Shown here: in pieces, positions 22,401-35,932 of the stretch
How positions within the stretch are numbered: the stretch's first letter is position 1
Layout: each line of letters begins with the position of its first letter
Assembly (NCBI GenBank): GCA_965637545.1
Contig: OZ281495.1
Location: 5,642,001 to 5,706,000 of the forward strand
Length of the DNA: 64,000 bases
Reading direction: 5' to 3'
Source: Phallusia mammillata
Lineage: Eukaryota
Made by a program: the position numbers and the translations under genes
Notes under the pieces: generated by a model
Told to the model about the DNA's origin: nothing
The model's input: the letters and a program-made list of their open reading frames with translations, nothing else
Databases searched by the model: none

Positions 22401-24559
22401 TGCATCAAACTAGTTTTACTGCTAAATTACTGTGCAACTGACATTACTTTCCAGTTTATAGAGCTCATTTGGCATTACTTAGTGACATATTTGGCAAAAC
22501 AAATCAGTTTACTAGGGAACATACGTTAAAATGTTTTTGCAAAGGCATGGACAAACCTAAACAAACTTTTTTCGCATGATTTTGTACAACTAAATTAATT
22601 AAAACTTTGAAACATAAACATAACTTACCTTTCACATTCAAAGGTTCTGTGTGATTGACAGGACCAATCCAAATAAAACGTGAATAGTTTGACTTGAGGT
22701 TTGTTAATGTTGCAACAACCAGGACTGTCTTTTTCATATTGTTTCGAAAACAACTGCATTATGAACATTGTTTGCTTAAAGTTTATTCACTGTTACCAAC
22801 AATAACACATGTCACTATAATGATTATTTTTGTTAATTTTGTCTAAACTTAACCTAAATTTTTGTTAACTTTGTGATTTATAGGTAGTGTGGTGAATGAA
22901 ACGCAACGACAATTTAAAACTAGAAGGGTGGCTTAGCATATTTTGCTATTGTACAAAAACTGCACCCTACTTTGTAACGTCAATATATTCCTTACATTAA
23001 CTTATAATGAGTCCTATATTAGTCATCGTCTTTTATGACCTTAGTTGTTCTGCAGGCGGAACCACATGGGCCCAAATATGCAAAGTTTAAAATGAAGCAT
23101 TTCAAGAAATATAATCATAAAAAAGTTTGGCTTTGTAAGGTAAAATATAGTTATCAGTACTGGGCTTAAATAACCATGCAATTAAAAGTATAAACTATAT
23201 AAATGTGATTCATTTCAGACAACGTTTGATGTTTAATTGTCCTATTTTTTGTCCGATTGTAATGGAAATAGGGGGTAAATAGTGGCATAATAGAGCAAAA
23301 CACAACAGTAAGTAAATTATAAACAGGCAGCACACATTGTTTTGACTTATAAGGTCTTATCGGTGCGGCTGACATATCATAGGCCATATTGTATTTCTGT
23401 ACGTGTACAAAAGTTTTGTATGTGTACAAAAGTTCTCCTAGATCAGTGGTTCTTAACCAGGGAGGCCTTATACTCTTTCAAGTGTGGCATGAGTCCAAAC
23501 TTAAATAAACAAACTTACTCACATCCCTCTAAAATTTATATTGGAAATGTAGTGCATTGTTTGTGAGCAAACAACAAACAGCATTGAAAAAGAAATGAAT
23601 ATTAAGATACAATACCTTATGACATAACACACATTTTGAATATTGATATACATGGCTTAAGTTTTTAGTTTATCAGTTTAGAACAGCAGTCACAAAACTT
23701 TTTTCACAGCAACGTGAAGTGTCGGACAAACATTTTAGGGGGCATGGACAAAAAAAGGTTAAGAACCACTGTCCTAGAATTTAATTTCTAGCTGTGACCA
23801 CGATATTGCTATCCAAGGCTATTAAAAAAAACAGTTAAAACATGTTCCTTTATTATGTTTTGGGTGCTGCAAGGACAAATCACAATCAAATAGGTCAACA
23901 AAATTTTACAACGAGCACAAAACAACCTATGTAGAATTCATTAAAGGTGTAAAACCTTTAATAAGGATAAGGTTCAATTTGTAATGTTAAAGATCTTTGA
24001 AAGTAAACATCAAAAATATACCCTAATAAAAATGGTTGAAACATGTCAAAAGATACTAGATGCTTTTATGTACATACCAATATTGCACTACAAATAAACA
24101 TTCATTTACAAATTCTGGATCATGCACTTTTAACCTTTTTTAAACTAATATATTTTGGGGTTTCCCGTAGGTTAACTGCTGGGTCAACAAGGTTAAAATT
24201 TCAGTGTACAACTCAATGAAAATATTAAGCTCATGCTCAAATTAAAAAAATGAACCACTTCATTTTGAACGAAGCGTTGGCATAAATGATGCAACAGATA
24301 CAAAAGTTATCACTTGTTTGATCTGACATGGTGTTTTAATTTAAATACACTACTGCAATTGCAGCTACTATTTTTGAATTAAACAATTTAGTGAAGTTGC
24401 AAAAAAATTCATATACAAGCTACTAAAATCAGAATATTGAAATATTTCTTGACTTTATCAAGGTTGTTTTTTAAATGTAAAATCATACCTGAACAGTGCA
24501 TTTTCTTTCACTTTTGTGCAGCGGCTACTGTTTATCTTTAAATCCACAAGTCCAATAGC
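16480..24559 (-). CDS. Type I membrane receptor: sushi/CCP + four Ig-like domains + TM + cytoplasmic tail with many Tyr motifs (5' end unresolved)
   Basis: Phase-consistent exons: 24559-24489, ~22753-22629, ~21838-21628 (sushi), 21400-21261 + 21142-21013 (Ig), 20944-20636 (Ig), 20576-20325 (Ig, DIGFYTC), 19827-19640 + 18258-18069 (Ig with DMGKY, then TM VVLYISLSIAGSIVIISSSIKIVLV and RKRK), tail exons 17767-17588, 17481-17374, 17316-17197, 17139-17032, 16884-16783, 16610-16567; stop near 16480-16520. Confidence 0.85.
18441..19345. mobile_element. Helitron-like repeat family copy 2 (intronic)
   Basis: Starts ACTAGAAGGGTGGCTTAGCAC; internal degenerate GGG..GGGGTAAA..GCTACAGGGTAAA subrepeats; CCACTAGAGG palindrome and GCTGTTAACACC near the end, shared with the 26008 copy. 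Confidence 0.55.
22919..23400. mobile_element. Helitron-like repeat family copy 3 (partial, intronic)
   Basis: Same ACTAGAAGGGTGGCTTAGCA start and following ~150 bp as the copies at 18441 and 26008. Confidence 0.55.
23444..23771. mobile_element. hAT (Buster/Charlie-type) MITE
   Basis: TIR CAGTGGTTCTTAACC; 8-bp TSD TCCTAGAT/TCCTAGAA. Confidence 0.85.
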
Positions 24560-26007
24560 CTTAAAACAGGGATGAAACAAACAGTATGTTTGCATTACAA
24601 GAAAAAATCCAGCATTGGTTGTTTCATGTTACAACTCCTAGGTTTGTTAGTAGTGACTGAAAAAACAGTTTGTTCTACATATCTTTAATGCAGAGGATCT
24701 GTGGCATCTTTATTCACTGTAGAACCAATTAATAGCATATCTGATGCGATATTAAATTCAAGGTTATTACAGTCATCGTTCCAGTGTGTTGCATGCTGTT
24801 GTCACATGTTGTGGATTAAAGTGTAACTTGCTGTGTACAACAATGTTCCGTGCATGTTAAAGTTTTGTTAAAAATGTTCAAACTTTTGAAATTTGTTACT
24901 GTGCATGTCAAAGTTTATTTCTTGTAAAAAAGATGGCAAAATATGCATATACCTAGAAAACTTTTAAAGATTGTTTTTGGTAGGATTGTTGTGAATAAGA
25001 AAGTTAACATACGGAAAGAAATAACTGATAAGAATGTGATAAAGCAGCTACGTTACTGTGTTTTTGATATTTTCTTCTAATACATTAGCAACAAATTATC
25101 ACAGAGGTGAATGAATACAATATTATTTGACACATACTTTTACTTTGGGATATGCAAATCAATGTGATAAAGAAACAAAATATTCTACAAAAACAACATC
25201 TCAACTTTTGGTCAAATCCTACAAAAGTCTTACGGCAGTACTCAATACTCTCAGAAAGAAGAATCTGACATTGACCAAAATGAGTTTAACAATTTTAAAC
25301 TTGAATTTTTTGGATTTGTTGTAAGCAAATAAGGAGTCTATGCCCAAAAAAGAAAATTGAAGCAATCAAAGATGCTGAAATTCCTAAAACAAACAAAGAA
25401 GTGAGATTCTTACTTGAATTAGCAAAATGCTGTTCAAAGTTGGATAAGGATTATGCTACAATTACTTCAACGTTAAGAGAACTTACTCACAAGAATTCTA
25501 CCTGGGAGTTGAATGCAAAACATGAACATGATCATTCATTACAACAACTAAAAGACATTTTAACCTACACAGCTGTCATACACCATTTCGATTGACAAAA
25601 AGGCACCAAGCTGATTTTTGATGCAAGTATAATTTGATTAGGCCTTACCTAACAAGATGAAAACAATAACTTCCACATTATTGCCAGAAAGGTGCCAACA
25701 TCAGTTGAACAAAGATAATCACAAACATAATGTGAAGCACTAGAAATCGTTTGGGGATGTAAAAACTTCGCCTTTAGTTGTGTGGAATGGAAAAAAAAAC
25801 ATTTACACTTGTAACAGATCAAGTCTTTAGAATTGATATTCAAAACTCGTCAACAAAACCTCCACAAAATTTGATAGATGGCACTTGAGATTGCAAGCAT
25901 ACAATTTCAAAATTGTATACCGACCAGGCAAAGACAGCCCAGCAGATTACATGTCAAAACATTCTATTACACGTCATTCAGTTCCAGAAATAAATAATAC
26001 TAAAAAA

Positions 26008-27380
26008 ACTAGAAAGGTGGCTCAGCACATATTGCCGTTGCACATACACTATAACCTATTTTGAAACGTTGATATATTCCCTACACATATTTTATATTGG
26101 GTCCCATATCACCCACTGTCTTTTATAACCTTAGTTGTTTCTGCAGGCAGAAACTCATGGGTCCCCCACAAATGCAACAATGCATTTCAAGAGATAATTG
26201 TCAGTCGGGAGTTTTAAAAAAACACTGTGGTCACTTCTTGTCCTAAATAATCATGCTACTATCTGTTTAAATTATGCAAATCTGATTCAATTTACACATT
26301 GTCCTATTTATTGTTCTATTTATAAGAAAGAATGGGGTAAATAGGGGCAAAATAAAGCTAAACACAACAATCGACACCTATAATAACAAATTCTGCAAAC
26401 TGTCCAAACTTGATTCAATTCCGACACTGTTTAAAAAGATTACTCATTTTGGGGGTTAATGAGGTGTATGGTGGGGCTACAGGGTAAAACACAACAACTG
26501 ACATCTACAAAATGACCATTCTACAAGCGTTTACAAAATTCAGCCAATTCCGACATCCTTTAAACAAGTCACCCATTTTAGGGGGGTAGAGGGTGAATAT
26601 TGGGTCTACAGCAGTGGTTCTCAACCGGGGGTCCGCGGGCCCCCAGGAGTTTGCAAAGCGTTTTCAGGGGGTCCGCCACAACTTCCTAATTTAGCAGACA
26701 ACGATATTGATAAAGCGCTAATTAAAAACTGTGTTACAGCGTTTTAAAATAGCATGAAACTTGTTTAAAATCATTTTTCATAGGCAACGATTAAACCAAA
26801 ATGCATTGTGACATTTTAACCCCATTGTGATGCAACAGAGGTTAATTTTGAGTGGCAAACAACGTCACATTACAATGTAGTGGCTCTTTATTATTGAGTT
26901 CCGATGTCGCAGTCCAGTCAAAGTGATTGAAATTTTGGTCCTGGACCAAACATGGTTGGTATATTCTGCACCTTTTTTGGGTTGCTTGTTATTAAACAAG
27001 GACAAAAAATAGCAAAACTATCAAAGGGGTCCGCGATTAGCTTGACAGTACCAAAAGGAGTCCGCAAAGGCAAAAAGTTTGAGAACCACTGGTTTACAGG
27101 GTTAAACACAACAATTGCCACCTAAAAATGACAAATTCTATAAGCTGTCCAAATTTCAGTTAATTCTGTGCTTGTTTTAAAAATAAATCACTTATTTTAG
27201 GGGGTTAGTTGGGCAATTGATGGGGTTTCACACCCCATAAGTAAAACATATGAAACCAGAATGACCCAATCATTATTAATGTAAAATTTTGTCCAAATAT
27301 GCCGATGTTTAAAATTCGGACCACTAGAGGTGTTATTAGCAACATTCGTTAACGCTTCTGACGTCACAAGGCTGTTAACA
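26008..27380. mobile_element. Helitron-like repeat family copy 4, inserted in the Gypsy remnant
   Basis: ACTAGAAAGGTGGCTCAGCAC start, ~120-bp subrepeats, and a CCACTAGAGG..GCTGTTAACACC end as in copy 2. Confidence 0.6.
26612..27091. mobile_element. hAT MITE nested in the Helitron-like copy
   Basis: TIR CAGTGGTTCTCAA; TSD GTCTACAG/GTTTACAG. Confidence 0.85.
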
Positions 27381-29152
27381 CCATAAAACTTTTTTATTGT
27401 TATTTATTTTTTCTATTTTACGAATCCCGATCAAGGTTTTTTATGTGTGTATATGGGTCAGGCGCTCCAGACCATTCGGCCAAGTTTCTGTTAACACTTT
27501 ATCATTCGGCCAAGCTCCTGTTAACACTTTATATTTATTATACCATTACACCACAGAAATATTTCGTTTGTGGTGCGCAGTATCAAGTCAAACGAAGCAG
27601 ATGGCACATCTGCATAACTATATCTAACATCTGTGAAAGTTTTATCCAAATCCACCAAATTTCAAGCCAAAAGTGCATGGATAATTTTTACCGGTGAAAA
27701 AAAAAGAAAAAAAAAACTGAGTGAAATCAAGATGCGGGGACCCATAAAAACTCAATTTCTTTGCCACAGCAGTTATACCTACGGCATTAACAATAGATGA
27801 TATGCAATATGCCTTTCAAAACCATGAAAAACTTCAAAAAGTGATTGAAATGTCAAGAAGCAACTAATCCAAAAATTATCAACCACTGCAAATGTCTGTG
27901 GAAAGAACTTCGAAAGGAAAGAATCCAATTGTCAAAGTTATCAGGTCCACTAATGAAACATGGTTTGGGATATCAAATATCCACTGTTTAACTGAATTCA
28001 AGAAATTTGCAAAACAACTTCGATTTACTCATCGAATGATTACTCCACCTTGGCCAAAAAGGAATGCTGAAGCAGAAAGATGCATAAAAACCTTAAAGAA
28101 AGCTGTGAAAATCATGAATGCTGTAAGTAACTCGTGGTAAGGTAATCTACAACAATTTCTTTAAAAGTACAGAGCAACCCATCATTCTGCAACACAAGTG
28201 AGTCCTGCTGAACTACTATTTGGCAGAAACATCAAAATAACTATTCCTTGCATTGATGAGATAACAAAAGACACAGACCTTTGTATCACAGATGAGCATG
28301 CTAAAAAGAAGATGAAAAGGCATGCCGACACCCGAGTGAAAAAGCACCACATGTCCAAATTGGCAATCAAGTTCTTTTGAAAGAAAGAAAAAAAAATGCT
28401 TTCATATAATCCAAATGCACTCACAGTTACATACACCAAAGAAACAAACGATCGCCACAAAACAAAACAAAACAGTAACCAAAAATTCATCATTCATGAC
28501 CAGGATAACACAACACCTTGTAAAGAATATAATGCAAACGTTATTGTAGAAAAATGACCCTGTTCGTCTTTACCCTACTAGAAATCGTTCACACCACGTT
28601 GTTTCATTCTATGAGCGCAAGCAACAGCGAAAGTCACTAAACAAACGCTTTGCGTTATGTCTTGTCTCTAACATAACACTGGTTAGCGAAACACTATAGC
28701 ATTTTTATGTGCAAACACCTTTGGCGGGTTGTGGGTCAAATCCTAGTTCGCCAGGCCTAATGACGGCGTCTTACAAATCAGCCCGTCACCAAGCATTATA
28801 CCAGTAGTTCTCAACGGGGGCGCCAGCGCCCCCCTGGGGGCGTTTTCTATCACAAAGGGGGCGCTGGAGAATAATTGGGCGATTGGGGGGCGCTGAGAGA
28901 AAATAGAGCAGTTAAAACTAAACAAAAGTCAAAGTTATATTTTTCATATCTCTTCCAGTGACCAGTATAAGTAAATTTATTTTTCACTAAATTATATTTT
29001 CAAGTATTTACTGTATTGGGTGCTTTGTTTTGCTATGTGTTTTTGATTATGATGTCACAATGAATTTTGTGCAAATCACAATGCGCCATTTGTCGGGGCT
29101 TGTCTGCGCTTTATTAGCAACATTTGCAGGTAGTGATTGAGTTGTGCCAGGC

Positions 29153-29474
29153 CAGGGGTTCCCAAACTTTTTTCATCTGTGGCCCACATGTCTATTGAAT
29201 AGCGATTCGTGGCCCACCATGTGCTGTAAATTTGGGCACAAACAAAAAAATAACTCAAAAACATCGAAATGATTTCTAGCAACTTATTTTAATGAGATAC
29301 ATGCTCCTGAAATTTGGCTACAAGATTCGGAATTCTTTGCAAAAGTTACGTTTTTCAAAACAAAGCGCATATAGTACAACAAAACAGTAGAATCTGTTCA
29401 AATGGCTCTGTGGCCCATTAAAAATGTCTTGGCGGCCCAGTACTGGGCCATGACCCACAGTTTGGGAACCGCTG
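29153..29474. mobile_element. Nested hAT MITE
   Basis: TIRs CAGGGGTTCCCAAA / TTTGGGAACCGCTG; TSD TGCCAGGC/TGCTAGGC. Confidence 0.85.
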
Positions 29475-29606
29475 TGCTAGGCCGAACCGAGCCAGAACCC
29501 GAGTACTCGGTATTTTTGATGCTCGGTGTTCGGCCCCAGAGTGTTAGACAATCACTGTAAACCGTGCTACGAATTGATCGCTTGTTAATTACACTATAAT
29601 GTAACG

Positions 29607-29916
29607 CATTGGTTCTCAACTCGTTTCGGTCCATGGACCACCGTCCCAGTAAAAATAATATCATGGACCATTTCATTTTTGAGCAAGATTGAAGTACATA
29701 TACAAAGCAACCATTTGGGCTTGAAACATACTTTTTTTAAACCGATTTTCAAGAAGTGAGATTGATTTATTGACAGCTAGCATTTTGATACTCTTTCAAA
29801 ATGTAATATGTAATCATTTCTAGTTTATTACTAAATTTAGTGGACGTCCTGTGGACCACCAAAAAAAGGCATCATGGACCACTAGTGGTCCATGGACCAC
29901 CAATTGAGAACCACTG
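29607..29916. mobile_element. Nested hAT MITE
   Basis: TIRs CATTGGTTCTCAA / TTGAGAACCACTG; perfect TSD ATGTAACG; internal CATGGACCAC repeats. Confidence 0.9.
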
Positions 29917-31129
29917 ATGTAACGGGTAAGTCACAAACGGGTTTGTTAACATCACAATTCAACGTGTGATTTGTTCTCTGCTGACGTACTGAAGTAGGAT
30001 CCCTAAGAATAAAAGTGACCGTTTTTAAAAACGTTAAATAATGGGCACGCGCGCACTCAAAGGTGTTTTTAATTAGTTGTTGTTTGTTACTTAACGTTGG
30101 TGGGATAATAATTTAGCTTGTTAGAGATTAGACTTTCAATTATCACATTGATATTGTACGTGAAATTAAATCGTTTTGATTTTTGTTAGTTCAAGAAGGG
30201 GCGTTTATAAATTATGTAGGTCTATAAGGGGCGGTACAGGAAAAAAGGTTGAGAAACACTGCATTATACCATACGGCGAGGCGAGTCTTTCTGGGACACG
30301 CACTCTACCAACTGAGTAACAAACACCGTAGCCTACCTCTTATGCTGCACATGTCATCCCAGCATCGCCAGATTGATCAGTAATTGGTTAAGATTACCAC
30401 CAATACATAACTGGTATTGACCTTGAACCAATCAATTCCGTCATGTTTAAGTCGTGTTTATTGGGCTAAAATGCAACTAATTTAGTTGCTCTAAACCACC
30501 TGTTTATGTTACCAAGAGCACCTTTTTCAACACTGCTTTTAACAATACTTTCTACAGTGTTTTATCTATATAACTGTGTTTTTTATTTCATTCTAAAACA
30601 ACATTACTGTTAAGGATTTGGAACTTAGTGGACTATTGTTATGTCGTTGTCTCTAACATTATGCTTCAATTGGCAGCTCATTTTGTGTCCTATAGCGCAG
30701 TAACATTCCTGATTACATAAACACGAGCCTAGTAATGGCTCATCAAAAGATGTTTTAATAGGATTCGGCTACACGAGATGAAATGCAATGTGGCTCTTTA
30801 AATTCTCCTACGAAGGAGAATTTTTTTGAGGTTATGCAAAACCAGAAGGAACTGCAAGAACGCCGACATTGTAGCAATGCGTTTGTTGTGTTCCGTGTAT
30901 ATTAATGTTTTTTAATGTGCTTGTAACTTCATATCGGACGTCATCTAAAACTTTTCGTTTTTTTCTTTGTTAGTTAGATTTCGCCATTATCAACACTTTT
31001 TCCCGGACCGTTTTCAGTAATGATTTCTTGTTTTGGGGCGACATAGTTTTGCCCCGGGATAAAGCAAGACATCAACTCCCAACTATAAATCATGTTAGAT
31101 GCAAAATGAGACAGACAAAACAGACCAGT

Positions 31130-31400
31130 TAGATCGGACTGGGCAAAATGGGTCTTCGTTGTCGCAAAGAAAGTGGAAATTTGCTCAAAACAAAGTCGAG
31201 TATTTGGGCCACATCTTATCTAATGAGAGAATGGAGAAAGGTGCGAAAGTAAATGACGTTATTTAAATGCCTAAACCCCACAATGTTTCAACAGCCGTTC
31301 GTTTTTTGATGCTGTTCAGTTGAATGGCAAGGTTATACGATTGAATTTTTCTGGTGTCAGAGCCGTTCCATCGACTTACAAGAAAAGTGGTCGAGTGGAG
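31130..31400 (+). pseudogene. Second Ty3/Gypsy RT remnant
   Basis: KWKFAQNKVEYLGHILS..KVNDVI*MPKPHNVS and EPFHRLTRK match the Gypsy RT C-terminal/thumb pattern; interrupted. Confidence 0.65.
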
Positions 31401-31999
31401 GTGAAACGAAAAAGAACAAGACGCGTTTGATTATGATACACAAGACATAATGCTAAGACATTCAAAACAAATGCAATCTGGCATTCAGCTCTAAAGCAAC
31501 TGCATTCAACAAGCGTACAACTGCACGGGCAACAACACTGGGCAATCAGTCCAGCATATACCCTGGACGACTGTCCCGAGGATAACACTCTCCCTTTCGT
31601 AACGAAAGGGACCGTATAAAATACTGTGTCGTAGGTATGTGAACGCAAGAAAGGGCGATTACATGAAAAGCGCCAATACAACAGAATAATTAATGCCATC
31701 GTTTATTTGAAATACGACAATTTATAGTTTAATTTGGTAATGTTTACGTTACAGAGATTTCTTCCGAGTATACTGCGTTGGTCAGTGAATTGACCTGTCC
31801 TGAGGGCAAATATGTGACGTCTTGTTTCAGATTGTTAGGAAACCGATTGTGGTTTGTTGTAAGCAAACATGTTGTTTTAAACGCAACAGTGCTGTAAAAG
31901 CTTTTAAAGCTAAAATATATTTCTTTCTTGACAGTTAAAAGAAATAATGCCTCGCACTTGTGGAGATGCGGCCTTTGATAGGTCGATAAATACCGCCAA

Positions 32000-32360
32000 G
32001 TGATTTACAGACTAATAGAAGAGACTTATGACTTTGATCAACTTGAGCCATGGGTTGCATTCACCTCAAATCCCTTCAGGCCGGTGGACATTACATCCAC
32101 AGCTGAGAACCTAAGTACAACCTTTACATTGGATGCGGCGCAGGTGTCAGTGGATACAATAACATTGCAAAATGATCTGCACCTGAAAGCAAACCTGATT
32201 AACCCAAACGTTTGGAACTTAGTGGACAAAGAAAAGTTTAAAGCTAACTCTACAGAAGCTATGAAGATTGCTGGTCTCTTCGGGTTCACATATCTTTGTG
32301 AATCAACATATTCAGACATGAACTTTATAGAACATAAACACCGTGTAAGATTTCTTGCCT
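32000..32360 (+). pseudogene. hAT (Buster/Charlie) transposase C-terminal remnant
   Basis: FGFTYLCESTYSDMNFIEHKHRVRF resembles the hAT dimerisation motif F.STYLCE..FS.M..IK.K.R.RL. Confidence 0.7.
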
Positions 32361-35300
32361 CTAGCGGCGCAAACTGTTATGTACGGTTGCCAGGAAGATC
32401 GTCCTGGCATTGCTATTGTCGCAACAATGACTTTGTGACGTAAAATCCATTGTGGTGCAATTACCTTGTGCGAGACCGCATGGTTATTAGTTATTAGTGT
32501 CTGTGATGTGCTGAACGCATGAAAGTGAATTGTGATAGCTAAGTAACGACATTCTGATTCTATTTGAAACAGAAATTTTACTGCAAATGTGCAAAAGTTG
32601 TACCTAAGTAAATTGGACCTGTGAACTTTGCGCTGAGCATTGGAATATTGTGACCCGACTAATTTACTGTGGGCAAGATTCGGCGTACATCGATCTGTGC
32701 GAGGAAGTGACTTGGTTGCATTGCTGTACGCCGGTATGTTTTAATGTAATGGCCTGTATCTTGGTGTGTTTTTACATGTTTTACTCATTACGCCTTACGA
32801 TATTTACAGTGTGAAAACCGTAATCTGTGATTTCCAACTGGGAAGTCTAATGCCTGGACCGATCAAAGTTCGGTACGTTATTTGTTTCTCTCCTGTAAAT
32901 GCGTTTGTCGTTGTTCCTCGTTCTGACTTTTACTAGTGTTGTTATGTTTGCAGAAAACCGCGTTTATTGCGCGCGTCATTCATCTTGGTCGAAATAAAAA
33001 TTCTGTTGCTCGCACTGGTAGCTTGTCCAGGCGCTGCACTGAAGGTGCGACGCTACACACCGAACACGCCTAACAGATGCACATCTGCTAGAGTCATTGA
33101 GAGTGTGTCAAAACTATACACCGGACTACAGTTTTAAACTAAACACTCCAAGAGACAAGTGAACGAAATGGAATGCCAGGGTTCTCAATAACGGGCTGAC
33201 CTAGCAGAACAGTGTTGTCTTGACAATCGATTATTGTTTAAGCTCGCTTCAAATTTCTTTACAAAACCTCATGCATTAAAAAATTTAACGCCACTGTTAC
33301 TTGTGTTTTAACTTATTAGCCATTTGATGGCCATAGCGTAGCGCGTGGCCTTAATAAACTTGGTGACCCCTGAGATAGACTGTTGTCGCCGGCCGCGCAA
33401 AATCAGCGCGCACAGCCCGGATGTGGCTCGATTTTAAATATTATCTTAGGAATCTAAGACGTTTTACAAGAATACGTCAACCCAGACAATTATTGTGTTA
33501 GTAATTGCCTTTTTCATACTTGTTGAAGATGTGTTATGGATTTTTATTGTTATGTGTTATGGATTTTTATTGATATACAACAATTACAACTGCATTTAAA
33601 TTCTTTACAATATATTCTTTAGGATTAAGGCATTTTTTATTTTACCACATACTAAATCTGCATACGTACTTTTGATGCTATGGCCTCATTCAAATAGACA
33701 TTAGCAACAGTTGTCATTGATAGATCCATTGAATAGATTGCTTTGGAGGTAGCGTTTGCCCCCCTTGCTTGTTTATCACTTGGTGATAATGTAAAGTTGC
33801 TTTCATTATCTGTAGAACACAACAAAGAAAAGGTAGACTTGACTGGATGAAGACAAAAAGCACTGAGCTAAATTCAATTAGATTTCATTACAACAGTGCG
33901 GTAATATAAATTAGCATTTGCTATCACATTTTTGCAACCTAAAATTCCAACATTTTCAAGTGAAAAAAAAAATAGTTCTGAACTAGTGCAAGAACCAGAA
34001 AGACTGCCACACTGATTTAAAATGTGGTACTATTAAAAATTAAAAAAATACTTTGCAAAGTCACCCATATACACGATACTATCCAGAAATTTTTGAAATA
34101 TATTTTGCTTTAGGACGTTGCAAGCTACAAGGCATCGCTTTAAAATTTACTCAAGAAAACTAGTTGCTTATACATTGCACAGCAAGTGGCGAAGTGTGGT
34201 GCCAATCAGGTGGCCGCATTTTTACCTCACGGGCAAAATGCATCTTTTTTTTCGCCGACCAGTCTTCTCGAGTTTTAAAAATAGGCAGAATTAAAAATAA
34301 CAAAGCATTTTCAAAACAAGCGTGTCTGTCGGGTTAAACCAAATTTAGATTGTTGCCTAAATAGCATAGATCGGTACTACCACACCTTAACGCATTTCCA
34401 AAGCGTTTTGCACCTATTTTCCTAAGTTTGTGAGGCTTAACAATTACGTGTTTCAAACAACACATCTGATCGCTCAGGAATGAAATATATGGTACTTGTC
34501 AATTTAGACCCAAACTTTTAACGTTAATTGTAACAAAAACACAAAAAATATAAACAACAATGGAAGTATGCGTCACAAAATACATCACTTAGGCGTAATG
34601 AGATAATTATTTGAATACGAAGAGATTATAGAAAGAATATGAAAATTAATTACAAAATTTGATGATAGATTTATGATCGTGCTGATACTTGTGACAGCTT
34701 GAGTTAAGACTTTAGCGGAATGCCGCTCCGGTACTGATTTTTTTACCCCCAACGGCTACTAATCCTGCTTACCCTACTGGTCTGGTAATGAGATAACAAT
34801 AGTTGAAAAATTTCTCGTTTACTACAGTCATTATAGTATAGTGCAAGGGTGGGCAACCTACCACCTGCGACCACATTAAAAATACGTATTTTTTTATCGG
34901 CCGGATGCGATTGATGCGTTACATACCTTACACAAAAGAGTTTTTATATTAAACGCCGATAGTAAATTGTTTATCATCACAAATAAGCATTGTTACGTAC
35001 AAAAGAATATTGTGCGTTTGTAAGTACTGTATAGTTTACTTGAAATTGCAACCACCCCCGAGCCTTGAATACGATTCACCGTAAACAAACAAAAAGAGAT
35101 GTCATTTTTGAACACCCTGTTCACTCGGCTATCCATTTGAACTGTTTGATTTTAACTCACTATGCTTGTTACAAGTTTGTTGCTGTGTGTTTCACTGCTC
35201 GCCACACTCACTTTCTTGTAACCTCTAAACACCTTATTATACGATATGCATTGCATTTACCCATCATCACCCAATTACCCAGACTCTTTTGGCGCCTCTT

Positions 35301-35932
35301 AAAGTTTTAGCGCTGCGCAGTTATGTGTCAACATATGTTTCATATTTAATCTAAGTAAGGTGCTAGTTCAACAACAATTAGGAATAGCAACATTACAGTC
35401 ACAACAATAAAAATTGGACTTACCCATTTGGTTTCCATTTGCCAAAACATATAACATACTAATCAATGTTATTCTATAATTGCCCTTTGCAAACATGTTA
35501 TAAAAAATATCTCAAAGCAGCCTGCGTAAACACTTGATTAACAAAACATTAGTCAAAACCAGGTAATCTTTTTGTGATAACGGTAACTTGTAGAAAATTT
35601 CCTGTTCCATATATTTTTGTCTATTTCTACGATCATCCTGCACGTTTACCTATGATTGGGGTGATGTTGAATTGTCAATAGCATTAGCTTAATAACAAAA
35701 CTTTGCTCAGTTTTATACTTCAGATACAAGCATTGGTTTGTCTTCTTCTTTCCTAGACGAATGGCGCTTCAAGTGACCATACTCGTCAGGAGGGGACTTT
35801 TAGTATAAGCTAAGTATAACAAAAAAAAATCCTTGTGTCTTTAGGACCCACCCAAACCTTTTAATAATGGTCGTTTGACAACAACGAGCATGCAACTGCG
35901 AAAAAAACCTAAGTTTGGCTCATACCTAAGAC

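Larger units (their letters stand above)
25270..28400 (+). pseudogene. Degenerate Ty3/Gypsy pol (RT thumb/RNase H 25270-25975; integrase 27740-28400), split by later insertions
   Basis: KIEAIKDAEIPKTNKEVR, LIFDAS, EALEIVWGC, WHLRLQAYNFKIVYRPGKDSPADYMSK; integrase TPPWPKRNAEAERCIKTLKK, SPAELLFGR; many stops and frameshifts. Confidence 0.85.
28802..30261. mobile_element. hAT MITE hosting two further MITEs
   Basis: TIRs CAGTAGTTCTCAAC / GTTGAGAAACACTG; perfect TSD CATTATAC. Confidence 0.9.
28720..30325 (-). mobile_element. tRNA-derived SINE split by the 28802-30261 MITE
   Basis: Minus strand A-box-like TTACTCAGTTGGTAGAGTGCG at ~30310-30290; the body resumes across the CATTATAC TSD; B box not evident. 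Confidence 0.4.

Noticed and set aside
32557-32572. SL-like ATTCTATTTGAAACAG (14/16) and, at 33685-33700 minus, TGTCTATTTGAATGAG (13/16)
   Set aside because: Such partial matches are expected by chance in 64 kb of AT-rich DNA, and neither marks a retrocopy boundary.
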